Shown here piece after piece: positions 1-14,107 of a stretch of DNA of 64,000 nt. Under the pieces are notes generated by a model. That model was not told the DNA's origin. It saw only the letters and a program-made list of their open reading frames with translations, and searched no databases. The DNA is taken from NCBI GenBank assembly GCA_964016885.1, contig OZ024740.1:98580001-98644000 (forward strand), given 5' to 3'. A program made the translations under genes and the position numbers. Each line of letters opens with the position of its first letter. Position 1 is the stretch's first letter. The DNA comes from Eledone cirrhosa (taxonomy: Eukaryota).

Positions 1-1221
1 AAAAGACACCTGATGACGCTTAAGAAAGAGAGTGCTCAATGTACTGTGTACAGTGAATGTATTTAATATAATACAATAGAGACATATTATAACTATCTTT
101 CTTTCCATATTTTGTCCTTTAGTTGTTCTAAATTCATATCTATAACTGTTTTACTATGGATAAAGGATAAGTGATAAAAAGATAGTAAAAGTGAAAAAAA
201 AAACTGATGAAAAAAGAAATGAATAAGTTACGGAAAAACAGGTAAGAGGTTAGCAGTCAAAGAAGTAAAAGAGAACTTTAGGAAACATGAAAACATATCA
301 ATGAACAAACAACACAATTTATATCAATGAGATTTGTTATTGAAAGATGACAAGAGAGCAGGTGTGGATAAAAGAAATGAAAGATAAGGAGAAAGGCTTT
401 ATTGTGTAATGTGTTGTTTTAAAGATAATTTAGTTATAGTAGTGTGTTAACAAAACTGCTTTTACTAATGTGAAAGTAATATGTTATGGCAGGGAGTATA
501 AATGAAAGCAGGATAGGATAAAAAGGCTGACAACAATTGTATAATATATATGGTGAAATCGTTATATACAAAATAATTGTGATTATCTAATGTGGCAGTA
601 TAAATTGAATGAGAAAAGCTATATCAAAATGATTGCATGTGACAATTGAAAAGTAAAAGATGTCATAGGGAAAGTAGTCATGGGTGCGTTAGGATTTTTA
701 GAGGAAAGATATTGTGATGAAATTAATAGTTAAGAGGTAATAGCAATGGAGATATAAATGAGGGGCTTAAAAGCACATGAGGGAGGTGTAGTAATAATGA
801 AGGTATCTAAGGTTGTTGTGGGAAAGTTTACGGGGATGGAGAGAGGAACAGCTGAGAATTTTAGAGGTGTTGTGTACTGATGGCAAGAATGACTAGGATG
901 TGCTACTGAAGGCAGGACATGGGGGTTTGTCAGGTTACATTTTAGGTTGGGAGGTGAGTCTTCTTCAGTATAGCCTATCACCAATTTCTACAGTCATTTG
1001 TCAGCTATATTTTGAGCTTCATTGAACCTATAAACGTCACTTTCAATTGCTTGACCTTCTGCTGGGTCAACTAGAGATACTCTCAAATTCTCCCACTAAT
1101 TCTACACACTCATCTACTTGTAATAACAGCATTTCCAGGTCTCTTTCATTTGAGTGTCAGTAATGCTAATTGCACCAGTATCATTTCGGATACACATTAA
1201 TCCAACAGCATCCTAGTTTTC

Positions 1222-3325
1222 ATGGGGAGCAGAGCTCCAAGCAGACAGAGAGTGACCTGGTGGTGGAATAGTACAGTAGATAGGGCCATTAGAGAGAAAA
1301 CACTAGCATGGAAGGCTTGGAAAAAGGGTGGGAGCAGAGAAGGATATACAGCCACTAAGAGAGAAGCTAGACATCAGGTGTACTTAGCACGCAGGGAGAC
1401 TGAGAGTAGGAGGTTTGCCAATGTTCTGCGACGGGAAGATCAGAGGCGTGTGGTGTTCCACATTGCAAGGCAGTGTGTCAATGCAAATCAGGATGTTGTT
1501 GGAGATAAATGTGTCTGGAATGATACCGGTGTACTTAGTGTCACAAATGATCAAAAGAAGGAGGCCAGGAAATGTCATTATTAGACACTAATGAATGTGA
1601 AGAACGAATGGGAGAGAGAGAAATTACCCTCAGTAGATCCGAAAGAGGGACCAGCTATTGAGATTGAAGAATATAGGGTCCAAGAGGCGATTAAGGAAAT
1701 AAAAAATGGTAAGGCTGCTGGACCGTCGGGAATAGTTGCTGAGATGCTGAAGGCATCAGGGGACGTAGGCACTAAACTGGTTGCACGCATCATCAATCAG
1801 GCTATATATGGTGGTGTCATACCCAAAGATTGGTGCAGCAGTATTCTCATAAATTGCTACAAAGGTAAAGGGGATGCTCTGGAGAGGAGCAATTATAGGG
1901 GTATGAAACTGATGGATCAGGTTATGAAAGTGGCGGAAAGGATATTAGCACAACTAATTAGAGAAGGGGTCAAACTAGATGAGATGGATTTTGGTTTTGT
2001 GCCTGGGAAAAGTACAACAGATGCCCTCTTCTTGGTGAGACAATTACAAGAGAGGTTCTTAGAGAAGAATAAGCCACTATACTTAGCCTTTGTTGACCTA
2101 GAGAAGGCCTTTGATAGGGTACCCCAATCTGTCATCTGGTGGTCCCTAAGGAAACAAGGTGTTGAGGAATGGCTTGTGAGGACAGTGAAAACTTTGTACA
2201 TAGGTGCTGTCAGTAAAGTCAGAGTAGGAATGGAGTTTAGTGAGGATTTCCTGATACAAGTAGGAGTACTCAAGGTTCGGTCCTCAGCCCACTCTTGTTC
2301 ATTATAGTCCTCAAAGCCATAACAGAGGAGTTTAAGACTGGATGTCCATGGGAGCTTCTCTATGCTGACGATTTAGTTCTTATAGCAGAATGAGTAGAGG
2401 AGCTAGAGAATAAATTCTGGCAATGGAAACAGCAGTTGGAAGCAAGAGGACTAAGATTGAACCTAGCTAAGACAAAAGTGCTGATGAGTAGAAAAGAGGA
2501 CAAAACTCTGATTCCATCAGGGAAATAACCATGTTCTATATGCAGAAAAAGAACTGGCATCAATTCTATAAAATGCACACAATGCAGATCCTGAGTACAC
2601 ATGAGATGTAGTGGGATAGCAGGCAAACTAACAGGTAGGGAGAAATACGTATGCAGTAGATGTACAGGGATATTACACAGTAGAAGTCGCATTGATAGAC
2701 ACATTTCTCAAATGCAGGCGGGTGCTATAGAAGTGGTGGATAGCTTCCGGTACCTAGGAGATCAGATTAGCATGGGATGGGGGTGTTCCGAGGCCATAGT
2801 ATCTAGAATAAGGATGGGTTGCAAGAAGTTTAGGGAGCTGCTTCCTTTGCTGACGAAGAAGGGTTTCTCCCTGCGTATGAAAGGCCGGTTATATGATACC
2901 TGTGTGAGGAACGCGATGCTGCATGGTATTGAGACATGGGCAGCAACTGCAGAGGATATGCGATGGCTGGAGAGAAATGAGGCAAGCATGCTCTTTTGGA
3001 TGAGCAATGTCAATGTGCGTGAACGACCCAGCATGGATGTGTTGAGAGAGAAACGGTATCTGAGAGGGACAGAATGTAGTGTGCGAGAGAGGAGACTGCA
3101 GTGGTATGGACGTGTGATGCGCATGGAGGATGACCGATGGGTGAAGAAGTGCCAGGAAATGCCAGTTGAAGAAAAACATGCATGGAGTTGGTGAGAACAG
3201 ACCTCAGATCGCTGAAGCGCACAGAGGAGATGACAAAGGACCATGACAAGTGGAGAGATGCTGTGCTGAATAAGACCCGTCCCACCCTTGCAAGCAGGGA
3301 AAAGCGGACATAAAATGATGTTGAT
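1222..3325 (+). mobile_element. 5'-truncated, disrupted RTE LINE (subfamily A, short 3' end) with RT, PHD remnant and (ATG)n-like tail
   Basis: ORFs 1222-1584, 1591-2307 and 2601-3194 are successive pieces of one RTE ORF (YRGMKL, AFVDLEKAFDRV, LLYADDL at ~2355). The 3' end reads cccgtcccacccttgcaagcagggaaaagcggacataaaatgatg. Confidence 0.92.
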
Positions 3326-3949
3326 GATTGCTTTGCAACGTGGAACACGTCACAATTTTAATCTTTATATCTTTGACCTCATGTCACATGATATTGTCAA
3401 ACCTCCTGCATTTAGACACTTTGTATATTATGTATGTCTGTTGTATAGCTTCTCTTTTAGCTATATGGTACTGATATTTGCTGCTGCATTTTTCAATCTT
3501 TCCACACCTGTCTCTTTTTTTTAAGAGCTCTGTCCACAGCATTCTTCTTCTATTATGTCATACGCTGACTGATTGGTGATTTGGTTCAGCCACAAATTTC
3601 TTCTGTAGCATATAGTAGGTTTCATAGAAACTTACAATTGCCTTCAATGTTATATTTATCTAACTCTTCCTCCCACTTGTCTTATGCATCCTGTAAAGCT
3701 TTGCTGAACCCATACTTAACAGAGAGTTGCTTTAGTTTCCACATTCCTTCTCCATATTTATTTGCATTTCTTGTTCTGTCTTGGGCTTTTCTGATGTCAC
3801 TAATTGTTAACGTATGTTCTGTGATTCATTATTCTCTGTGAAAGAACTTAAGATTTATAACCATCTGCCTATCCCATTTTATAATAATTAAAGAATTACT
3901 CTGGCTTGCATGTTTGTATAATTGGTAGATGATCAAGTGGTTGTTCGGT

Positions 3950-4085
3950 TTCTTCTTCTTCTTCTTCTTCTTCTTCTTCTTCTTCTTCTTCTTCTTCTTC
4001 TTCTTCTTCTTCTTCTTCTTCTTCTTCTTCTTCTTCTTCTTCTTCTTCTTCTTCTTCTTCTTCTTCTTCTTCTTCTTCTTCTTCC
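3950..4085. repeat. Pure (CTT)n microsatellite, ~45 units (tail of the Rex3-like element)
   Basis: Directly visible. Confidence 0.97.
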
Positions 4086-4696
4086 TCCTTTTCACCTAAA
4101 TATTCCCAAGAGAATCGTTGGGGCAGAGTTCTCAAACACTCCTTCCAGTGAGTCTTGTCAGAAGTAACTATCTCAAACTCATCTGGTTAGATCGCCAAGT
4201 GAGACCAGCCAAGCTTATGGATGTTATCCAAGCATCTTACTCAGGGTCTCCTGCTGGTTGATTTAACTTGTAAAATCTCTCCAGCTATTCTTTCCTGAGA
4301 CATTCGAACCACATGCACATAGTATGAGCTGTGATCTCTCAATTCAGAGAAGTAGCAGCTCTTCCTGGAGTGACTCACTAATCTCTAGACTATGCACTCT
4401 ATTGAGTAACGTTACTTTAAAGACTCTTTGTAGAAACCCCATTTCAGGCAATTGTATTTGTGATCGTATTCTTTTGGTCATTACCCAAGATTAATTAACA
4501 CAGGTAAGGGTTGGCATGAATACCAAATTGAAAATAGCGAGTTTGGTTTTTTCACCTACCACACTTCTTCTGATTACTGAATTATAAAGCTGGCACATTA
4601 CTGCACCAGCTCTTGCAATTATTGCACTTAATTCAGCCCCCTGCCTACCATCACCCATTAACATGAACTGAGATACTTGAATTCTTCTACCTTTAA
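3950..4696 (-). mobile_element. 5'-truncated Rex3/Expander-like RTE LINE relic with long (GAA)n tail
   Basis: Minus strand reads VEEFKYL..., PTLT, WVMTKRIRSQIQLPEMGFL, RIERSQL, HVVRMSQERI, LGWSHL, WKECLRTLPQR, then (GAA)n. This pattern is typical of the Rex3/Expander C-terminus. Confidence 0.75.
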
Positions 4697-5433
4697 TTTA
4701 CATCATAGATATCTAGAAATCTCACTCCCTGGTTTTGCCCTACATATTCATTGAAGTCACGAAGTAGGATGATGAAGTCCCTGTTATCTGAAACTGAAGT
4801 TGTCCGTAAGAGTTCTTCATAGAAATAGTCCATCGTTTTCACATTCCTGATTGTGTTACTTAGAGCTAATTGTCATTCTATTATCCATGACTACTATGAG
4901 CTTGATAATTCTAATAGCTGCACTCGTTTTGTGTATCCACTTCCCAGCTCATAGAATGCTTGCTCCATATACCCCATCTTCACTCTCTACCCAGAAAAGT
5001 TTTATTTATGCTGTTTGCATGTGAGTATTCTTGCTGAAGCACCACTCCCTCTCACCATATCTACACAGCACACACACCAACATCTCTCATGCATCTCCAC
5101 AATTTCCTCAGGTCTACATTTCAGTGTTCCTACATTAAAAGTGGGTGCCCTGAGATGTGTTAACTAGCAGTGGCAATTTGGTCCTCAACTAGATAAACCT
5201 GACAAACTATGAAAGGCACAACATATTATATATATATGTATGTAGATAAATAGATAGATAGATATTCTAGATATTTGTTGGTACTAGGACCAGGAAGACC
5301 ACAAATCAGAGAGAAGTATCCAAAACATGGTATGATGCAGAGTGGGTATATTAGTAAAAGTAGAAGTCGATCCTCTATTTTTAATAATATATCAAGCCCT
5401 CTTCAGATGTTGGTCTTCATAATTATTATTGCT

Positions 5434-5470
<37 letters not shown>

Positions 5471-6339
5471 TATGTATATATATATGCACACACACACACA
5501 TACGTATGTAAACAGGCAAAAAAATAAAAATAACAGGCACAGATATATATAGATATATAAATATGTATATATGCACAAAACAAACTATGCAAATATATAC
5601 GCGGTTTATGATAAATGGAGTAATTGAGCATGCATTTGTCAGCAGATAAAGTTTCATGGTTATTGGTGACATTTGTATTCCAAAATAAGCAAAGATATCT
5701 ATCAGTAATCAAAGACATATTATCTCCGACTTTTACTGAAATTACTGATAGCAAATCTAGAAATAAATAGACAGCAGTAATGGAGGCTTTGTTACAGTGA
5801 CTAAGTGAAGGGTTGACAGATACAGAAAGTTACTGGATAGAGTTACAGGGAACAAGAGCATAAAGGATGGAAACAAAAATACAAAAACAATAAGAAAGAG
5901 ATAATGGTTAAGTCAGTGAGTGAGTGTGTAAGAGATAAGCAGATGAAAAGTAAGATAGAGAGAGGAAAAGTGATAATAAAAGTTTGGCATGCAGTAAGAG
6001 AATGCTATAAATAACATGAAGTTCTGAAACTTATGAGGCTGTAAGCAGCATATATATATATATACATACATGTATGTAAATGAATAAATGTATGCAAACA
6101 AACACAAACATATGCATGCATACACACATACAAACATAGATACATACATACATACATACATACATACATACATACATACATACATACATACATACATACA
6201 CACATATATCCAGCTATCTATACATCCATCCATCAATCCATACACACATACATACATACATACATACATACATACATACATACATACATACAGAAGGTGT
6301 CATTATAAGGCTAAAGATTAGCAAAATGTAGAATATTTA

Positions 6340-6750
6340 TGCTGAATTTATGGGGAATCTGCAGTTACCCCACCCCCACTGAAACTTTATATTTGCACCT
6401 CTTAGATACACCACTAACTGGCTTAGTACACATTTTGAGAAACTTGGCTTCACAGAAACAGAAAGAGCATGGCGAGTTAGGAAGTTGCAAGTACAGTCCA
6501 TTACTTGAACAGGAAAAATATATAAAACACTTAAGAAATTCAGCATGTAGTAATTACATAAACACATGTATATATACAGAATCATATGTGTGTGTACACA
6601 TGCAATAGCATCCATACCTGCATACACATACATATATTCATACGTATTTACCTAGTTGATGTTGTCTAAATTCAAATGAGATTAATGTTTCCGTGTTAGA
6701 AATCGACTATCTGTCTATTAGTGGAAATGTATAAAAGAATAGAGCCAGAA
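6340..6750 (+). mobile_element. R4/Dong-like LINE 3' end fragment
   Basis: FEKLGFTETER..VRKLQVQSI matches the minus ORF 15106-15447. The 3' UTR (ctagttgatg...gttagaaa..gact) matches the reverse complement of 14760-14840. Confidence 0.65.
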
Positions 6751-6829
6751 GGACATACATACATACTTGTACACATACATATATGCATGCATACATATAT
6801 GCATGCATACATATATACATACATACATA

Positions 6830-8170
6830 CATCAATGGCGATGTGGATAGGCTATACTTCTCATGCAAGGAAGGTGGCTGGAGGTCTAAAATCCATATTA
6901 ACATCATATGAGACCCAGATAGTAAAATTTAAGCTACATCTTCAATGAAGAAAAAGGTCAGCAACTATCTTACTCAGGTTTATGAGCATGAAGGAAATAA
7001 TTGTTTCTACTTTAGGCACAAGGCCAGCAATTACCCAGTGCATTACTGGTACTTTATTTTATCACCCCGTAAGGATGAAAGGCAAAGTCAACCTCGGAGG
7101 GATTTGAACTCAGATCGTAAAGGGATGTAACTATGCTGGAAAGCATGGCGTCCGACCCTCTACCGATACTTCCAATCCACCACCCTTGAAGGAAATAATA
7201 TCATTAGGATAGCCACTGATCTGGAGGAAAGATATGGAATAAGGCCTGATATAAATCTCTCTCCCAGGGAAATTGGAAGATCCTATGCAATGTTCAAAGA
7301 AGATTAAAAAAATGGACGGATTTACAGAGAATGTTGTGCATGGGTACCTGAGACGAAAAACACAGACCATAGAGGGGATAAATTATTCAAAAAGCCTGGC
7401 ATAGAGTTCCGACAATTTTATGACATCCCACCTTGAAGGAAATCTATATGCAATACAGGAACAAGAAATCCCTACCAAATATCTACTACACAAAAGAGGA
7501 GGGCCATCAGTCGTCAATAAATGTAGGTTATGTAAAACAAAGATCGAAGATGTAAGCCACATTGTTGCCAACTGCAAAAGAATGGTGTCTCGTTACTACC
7601 TCCCTATGAAACACACAATGTGATAGCTAGAACCATCTGGAACATACTGAGGAAAATAAATCTAAAAACAAATGAGGCAGAATATGTTGAGGTAGATGGC
7701 ACTAAAGAATACTGGTGAAACCTGAAAATAAAAACTGCCACCAAATTAAAGCACAACCAACCTTATTTTGTTGTTTGGCACCACACATTGAAACTGTGCT
7801 ATGTTGCAGAGATCAGCTGCCTACTTGGTGAAAAAGTTGTAAAAAAAATACAAGAGGAGGACAACTATGCACCATTGATGAGGAGTTTGCAGATCCAGGA
7901 TCCAAGATACACCTTTAGCTTCAGACACATTATTATTGGAGCTACAGGTTACATACCAACCTGCCTGGACCAAAGTATAACTTAACTTGGATTTTTAGAC
8001 AAAGAGCGTAGCTCCCTAATTCATATACTACAAATGGCTGTGATTGGTGGCACCTTCAAAATTTGCAAAACATTCTTGCGATTCAAGGTATGACAATTTC
8101 TTTTCTCTTACAACCTTGCCAGCAGGAAGGTGGCTGGTCAAAAATGTACTCGAAATTAAGAGAAAGGGAA
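6830..8170 (+). mobile_element. Decayed R4/Dong-clade LINE (C-terminal CCHC knuckle + restriction-like endonuclease), interrupted by a SINE
   Basis: GDVDRLYFSCKEGG, AIQEQEI, CRLCKTKIEDVSHIVANC (CCHC), KHNQP..VW, EISC, IIIGATG, LQMAVIGGTFKICKTF. Confidence 0.8.
7002..7186 (-). mobile_element. tRNA-derived SINE, family 1 (Meta/MESC-like central domain), with 13-bp TSD
   Basis: The minus strand has A-box/B-box-like motifs (ggaagtatcgg; gagttcaaatcc) and gcctttcatccttacggggtgataaaataaagtaccag. TSD tgaaggaaataat is at 6989-7001 and 7187-7199. Confidence 0.85.
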
Positions 8171-8339
8171 ACATACATACCTACATATATTTATAGTGGA
8201 AGCCAACTCATATCTGTGAACAACCACTTCTTTGAAAAAAGCAACAAAAAGATATGGGCAAATATGTGTCATTGATGTTGCTGTCATCGATATCGTCTTA
8301 AATAGTTCATCAAACTGAGAAGTGATTTACAAGTCATAC

Positions 8340-9430
8340 CACACAGTATGTAGGTAGATTTCCTGCCTACATGAGTTTTATTGGTGTGGCATGCTATTTG
8401 GTTAGCTCACCTGCAGGGTGATACACTTCAGTACAGGTGCCACATGTAAAACCAAAATGTATGGAATATTCAAATGTGCTATTCCTATGTGTATAGCATC
8501 TGCTATAGCTTAGTAGCCTTGACTTTGACATGCGTATACGTCTGCATCCTTCGCAGGTAAAAGTCTCTTTCAAAACACATTCTGGGAGTAGATTAACATC
8601 CCCCATATATTCAGCTGCTCACTTCATTTCAGCATAGGCCCTCCATTTCTTTTCAAATTCCTTACCACCGTTCGCAAACAGATTTTACCACTGGGCTTTG
8701 TCTGTTGGACAATTTTCTCATGATTTGGTGTTGATATTTAAGTTCTTCAGGGTATTTTCATGCCTTCTTTAAAGCATTTGTATGGCTTACACTGCACGTG
8801 TTTGTAACAGCTCTTTATACAGTACTTCTTTTGGGTTTGCTGTCTAGTAGGTGTACAATGTAGACTTACCATCATAGACTGTTTATGATCATTTTCTCAG
8901 TGCTTAGCAGCCAGGTCTGCTGCAGCACATCAGTATCTTGAGTATGAGACCTCGATGAGATCTTGAGTATATAACACAAGCATTATTGGTGGAAACGTTG
9001 AAGGCACTGGATATGCCCAAAGTATATTGTCTCACGTCTATTCAACAAGGCTGTAAGCCCACATACTTTATACACTTAGGTTGATATCTGACTGTAATCC
9101 CAGGCACTTCTCCAGCTTTTACTAAGGTATTGAAAGCTTTAGACAACAAGTTGCTGACATCTTATCAAGGGTGAGATTACTAGTCATGTAGACAAACCTA
9201 TCCACAACCTTCAATATTTTCCCTTGGACACATATAGCTGGTGGAATATATAATTTACAAGATGCATGTTGATACATCATCACTATCTTTTTGAGGCTGA
9301 TTATTAGTACAAACTCATCACATACTACTGAGCAGCAACCCATCAGAAGCTGAAAGTCTTTTTCTGTGGGGCTAACAAGATAACAGTCATCTGCATAAAG
9401 AAGATTACGTATCAGTGCAATATGTTTTGG
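8340..9430 (-). mobile_element. Decayed RTE LINE of BovB-like type (RT C-terminal half + C-terminal Cys motifs)
   Basis: LLYADDCYL...ISLKK..MMYQ..PPAICVQGKILKVVDRFVY; C-terminal FTCEGCRR and FTCGTC. Confidence 0.72.
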
Positions 9431-9649
9431 ATGTTAAAGAGAATTCATGTTCTTTGATAACGTATATATATATGCCATGTATTTCCATGTGTTAAGCTTG
9501 TTCATATCTCCTTTTCAAAAGGTACTGTGACTTCAAAAACCTAAGAAGGCAACATGATGTCTATTTTATTCTATTTTGTTTTGACATCTCATAGTTTTAT
9601 CACATTGCCATATAAAACTGCAATGAATACCAACAACATATATATATAT

Positions 9650-9965
9650 ATCATCATCATCATCACCATCACCGTTTTACGTCCGTTCTTCCATGCTAGC
9701 ATGGGTTAGACTGGTTGTCCTGTTGTGGGCAGTAGCCGGTCGACTGACCATGCCTTGCTCATATGATTCTGGCTTGATTTCTACAGCTGGATGCCCTTCT
9801 TAACACCAACCTCATTTACAGTGAGTGCTGCGTGCTTTTTACCGTGGCGCCTACATGTTCACTTTACAGTGTGGGCTGGGTGCTTTTTTGCTGTGGAACC
9901 TCCACGACCATTTTGCAGTGGGAGGGTGGTGTGGGCATATTGTCTATATGCTTCAGCTTCGGCTT
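9650..9965 (-). mobile_element. RTE subfamily C 3'-UTR-only copy in (TA)n
   Basis: Reverse complement of ~50695-51000; (CAT)n tail at 9650. Confidence 0.85.
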
Positions 9966-9989
9966 GTATATATATATATATATATATAT

Positions 9990-10197
9990 ATAGGAACCAG
10001 TAAGACCCCGACAGCTGAGCTCAAGCCGTTTCGACGGCTAATTCTGCCGTCGAAACGGCTTGAGAATTAGCCGTCGAAACGGCTTGAGCTCAGCTGTCGG
10101 GGTCTTACTGGTTCCTATTACCCACTCTACTACCTCAAGTATTGAGTACTTTGGTGCGTTATGGTCCACCTGGTTCCTTACCACATTTCCTTCGTTA
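9990..10197 (+). mobile_element. Penelope-like pLTR remnant with perfect 56-bp inverted duplication, in (TA)n
   Basis: Arms 9990-10045 and 10063-10118 are exact reverse complements. GAAAC-GGC..GCT-GTC forms a hammerhead 3' half. The distal part recurs inverted at 29597-29678. Confidence 0.6.
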
Positions 10198-10217
10198 TAT
10201 ATATATATATATATATA

Positions 10218-10445
10218 TCATCATCATCATCATAATCATCGTTTAATCTCCATCTTCCACGCTAGCATGGGCTGGATGGGTTTGTCCCACTTGAGGCAAG
10301 ATTGGTTGGGTGACTTGTCTTGCCTGCACAGAACTGTTTCTGGCAGGTTTTCTACGGCTGGATACCCTTCCTAACACCAACCACATTTACAGTGTGGACT
10401 GGGAGCCTTTTTACTGTGTCTCCTAGAATTGCCACTTTACAGTTT
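10218..10445 (-). mobile_element. RTE (B-like) 3' end fragment
   Basis: Similar to the reverse complement of 33950-34170; (CAT)n tail. Confidence 0.75.
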
Positions 10446-10461
10446 ATATGTATATATACAT

Positions 10462-10501
<40 letters not shown>

Positions 10502-11832
10502 TCATCATCATCATCATCATCAACGTTTAACGTCCGTGTTCCAACACATATGACACATGAATAAGCAGACCAATTAACAGAGATTTCACTGATATGAACA
10601 TTTTGAGATTATGGATTAAAATATGACTTATCATCACGGTAAAATGTCGAACCAAATTAGCACTTTAAGCTAAGCCATATAGATTAAAGATTTGAAAGAG
10701 TGGGTGATGAATGTAATATATAGCCACCTTTAATTTTCCAAAACCTAATGGAAGCAACATATAATATATCAAGAGTAGGTTGAATCTATAAACTACTTAA
10801 TGGTAGGTGATGTAGAAGGAGAATGAAAATACAGTTTACTTGAAGAGCCGATACATAACCAGAAAATTAAGAATTTCGCTTCTGAACATTTTGGTTCTGT
10901 CTTTAATCCCAGTGTGATGCTTTGAACAAATGTGTTCTGTAATATAGCTGAAGGGAAAATACCTTAAGGAAATGTTCTGCTTACTATATACAAATGCAGT
11001 TGGGTTTCAAATATCCAGCAGGGTCATTAGTTTAGATGCTATTCATGTTGCTACAAATTTAATGATTTAACTAATATAAATTCATAAAATAATCACGTGC
11101 ACGATTTCCATGCACATATACACACATAAATTTGTAAGCTTGGTTTTAGAAACAGGAGAAATGGAAATCAATACAAACCAAACATATTTATATATTTATG
11201 AACTCAGAAGCTACAGTGACTCAAATCCTGAGTGTCTCATGCTAACCCCTTATCAAACAGAATATTAACTACAAATTAGAATATAGAACTTAATACTAAT
11301 TTATAATGTAGCAGAGTAAAATAAATTAATTCGCAGTGTACTCCAATTTCAATAAATAGATATATAAATATTTGATGAAGTAGACATAGGATCAAAATTG
11401 TCTCAAACATGGCCTTCTCAACGTTTTGGTCATAGACATATTATATCAAGGACTACATTATCCTATAGTGTTCTTTGTTTTAAGGTGCTAAGTTATGATT
11501 TGAGAGAAATTTGGGGTGATATTTCTAGAATGCCAATCAAGTGTGTAGATGAGTATCTTACTTTGGCTTATGGACAACTTTGTTAACTCATACACTTCCA
11601 GTATTGTGAACAATTTTAGAAATATACTTTCATTTTCAAATTGTCTTATAAAACTTCCCCCTCGGCAAAGTGTGCTTCAGGTCTTCCACTAAGAAAGTTA
11701 GTTAGCATAAGAGGCAGAGTTATGACTGTGTAGAATCTCTCTCACACACACACGACACACACACACTCATATATATATATGCAAGCATGGAAAAGAAGAT
11801 ATAAAATGATGATGATGTTATATATATATATA

Positions 11833-12248
11833 TCATCATGATCATCACCATCTTACGTCCGTTCTTCCATGCTAGCATGGGTTAAACGGGTTGTCCTGTG
11901 GTGAGCAGTGTCCTGTCAGCTGACCTTGTCTTGCTCATACGGGAACTGATTCTGGCTTGATTTCTACAGCTGGATGCCCTTCTTAACACCAACCTCATTT
12001 ACAGTGAGTGGTGGGTGCTTTTTTTCCTGTGGTGCCTACACGTCCACTTTACAGTGTGGGCTGGGCACTTTGCAGTAGAATGATAGAGACCCCAGTCCTA
12101 TCATCTTATTTCTACAGCTGAGTAAACTGGAGCAATATGAAATAAAGTGTCTTGTTCAAGGAAACAACACATCATCCAGTCCAAGAATTGAACTCACAAC
12201 CTTTTGATTGCAATCCCAATGCTCTAACCACTAAGCCAAGTGCCTTCA
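11833..12248 (-). mobile_element. tRNA-derived CORE-type SINE, family 2, with RTE-C-derived 3' tail
   Basis: Minus strand: tagtggttagagcattg (A box), gtgagttcaattc (B box), CORE-like gtgttgtttccttgaacaagacactttatttca..ctcagctgtagaaat, then sequence matching the RTE-C 3' UTR (50730-51000). Confidence 0.85.
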
Positions 12249-12694
12249 CACACATATATATATATATATTATTATATTAACATTTGCTTTTTCCATGCTG
12301 GTATGGAATAGATGGGTTCTTCATCTTTTGTCATCTCCTTTGTAAGGCACAGCACCCTATGTACATACATTCATGCAGAGTCTATATGTGAATGTGTACA
12401 TTTATGAATAGAAAAAAGAAACATCATTTTCAGCCAGCCTTTGAATCATAAAATCAAAATAACACATGTATCATATTCATCAACACTGTTGAATACCGAA
12501 AAATATGTGATACAGTAACACAAGAAAAAATTAGGAAAATTTTTCGTTTCCATCATAAAATGATAAGTCTTCTTTGTCCTTCCTCAAGTGAAAAATATAA
12601 CAAAATACAGAATATATACATGTTTTACACAAATCCACTCAGACTTTCATTCAATTTCTTTCACTCCCCGCCTTTCTCTCTCTCCCTCTCTCTA

Positions 12695-13180
<486 letters not shown>

Positions 13181-13619
13181 TGTAGCATGAATTAGTGATC
13201 ACATCACATCTGAATTAATTCATAATGATATAAAACTGTTTTTCTTTAATTTTATGGCTGTACCAATTCCAAATTGAAAGCATTCATTAGCAAAATAAGT
13301 CAAACATTTCCTGGAGAGAAGGGAGAAAAAAACTATATAAAGCTGTTGATACATAATAAAGAAAAATCATTTCAATTTTTTTCCAATACATTGCAGAAAC
13401 AAAAAAACATATTGAATAACAAAATGCTAGAATGTAAAACTGCAGTATTTACAAAATTTTGTGTTGAAGTCATTGAATAAATATATAGCCACGTTTAGAA
13501 AGTAAGTGGGCGTTATTTGACAATCCTACATGGTCTTTATACTTATCACACATCAATATATGCATGTATGTATGTATGTGTGTATTCATCTATATTTATA
13601 TTAACTTTCTCTCTCTCTA

Positions 13620-13666
<47 letters not shown>

Positions 13667-13671
13667 GTATA

Positions 13672-13702
<31 letters not shown>

Positions 13703-13708
13703 CTCTCC

Positions 13709-13748
<40 letters not shown>

Positions 13749-13769
13749 GATGATGATGGTATATATATA

Positions 13770-14060
13770 TCATCATCATCACCTTTTAACATCCATTTTT
13801 CCATGCTAACATGGGTTAGATGAGTTAAACCTGTTGTGTTACAAGCCAGATGAGAGGACTTCGTCTTGCTCATAGAGAACTGATTTTGGATTTGTTTCTT
13901 CGGTTGGATGCCCTTCTTAACACCAACCATTTTTACAGTATATACCGGGTGCTTTTTATTTCTGCACCAAAAGGACCAGTTAACAGTGTGGACTGGATGC
14001 ATTTTGTTGGGACCCCAAAATAACCACCTTACACGGTGGACTGGTGACTGGGGTGGGGAA
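13770..14060 (-). mobile_element. Diverged RTE-type 3' UTR fragment with ~47-bp subrepeats
   Basis: ggatgcccttcttaacaccaacc motif, repeated acagtgtggactgg units and a (CAT)n tail. Confidence 0.7.
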
Positions 14061-14063
14061 GGT

Positions 14064-14107
<44 letters not shown>

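Larger units (their letters stand above)
1000..5180 (-). mobile_element. Old, heavily decayed RTE-clade LINE (EN + linker), split into three pieces (~4697-5180, ~3326-3949, ~1000-1221) by two younger insertions
   Basis: Minus-strand translation gives TFNVGTLK..EEIVEM, LFWVESEDG, FYEELL, RDFNEYVG (APE EN); KKPNNHLIIYQ, NLLYATEEICG, HVAKQ; then EN*DAVG, IRNDTGAISITD, VDPAEG. These are collinear with the intact ORF at 30607-33765, with many stops and frameshifts. Confidence 0.75.

Noticed and set aside
3829-4167. Poly-K/E/L ORFs
   Set aside because: Translations of the (CTT)n tail.
12185-12245. tRNA-like sequences (also at 29290-29348 and in family 1 heads)
   Set aside because: These are SINE heads fused to CORE/Meta-like bodies; no complete cloverleaf.
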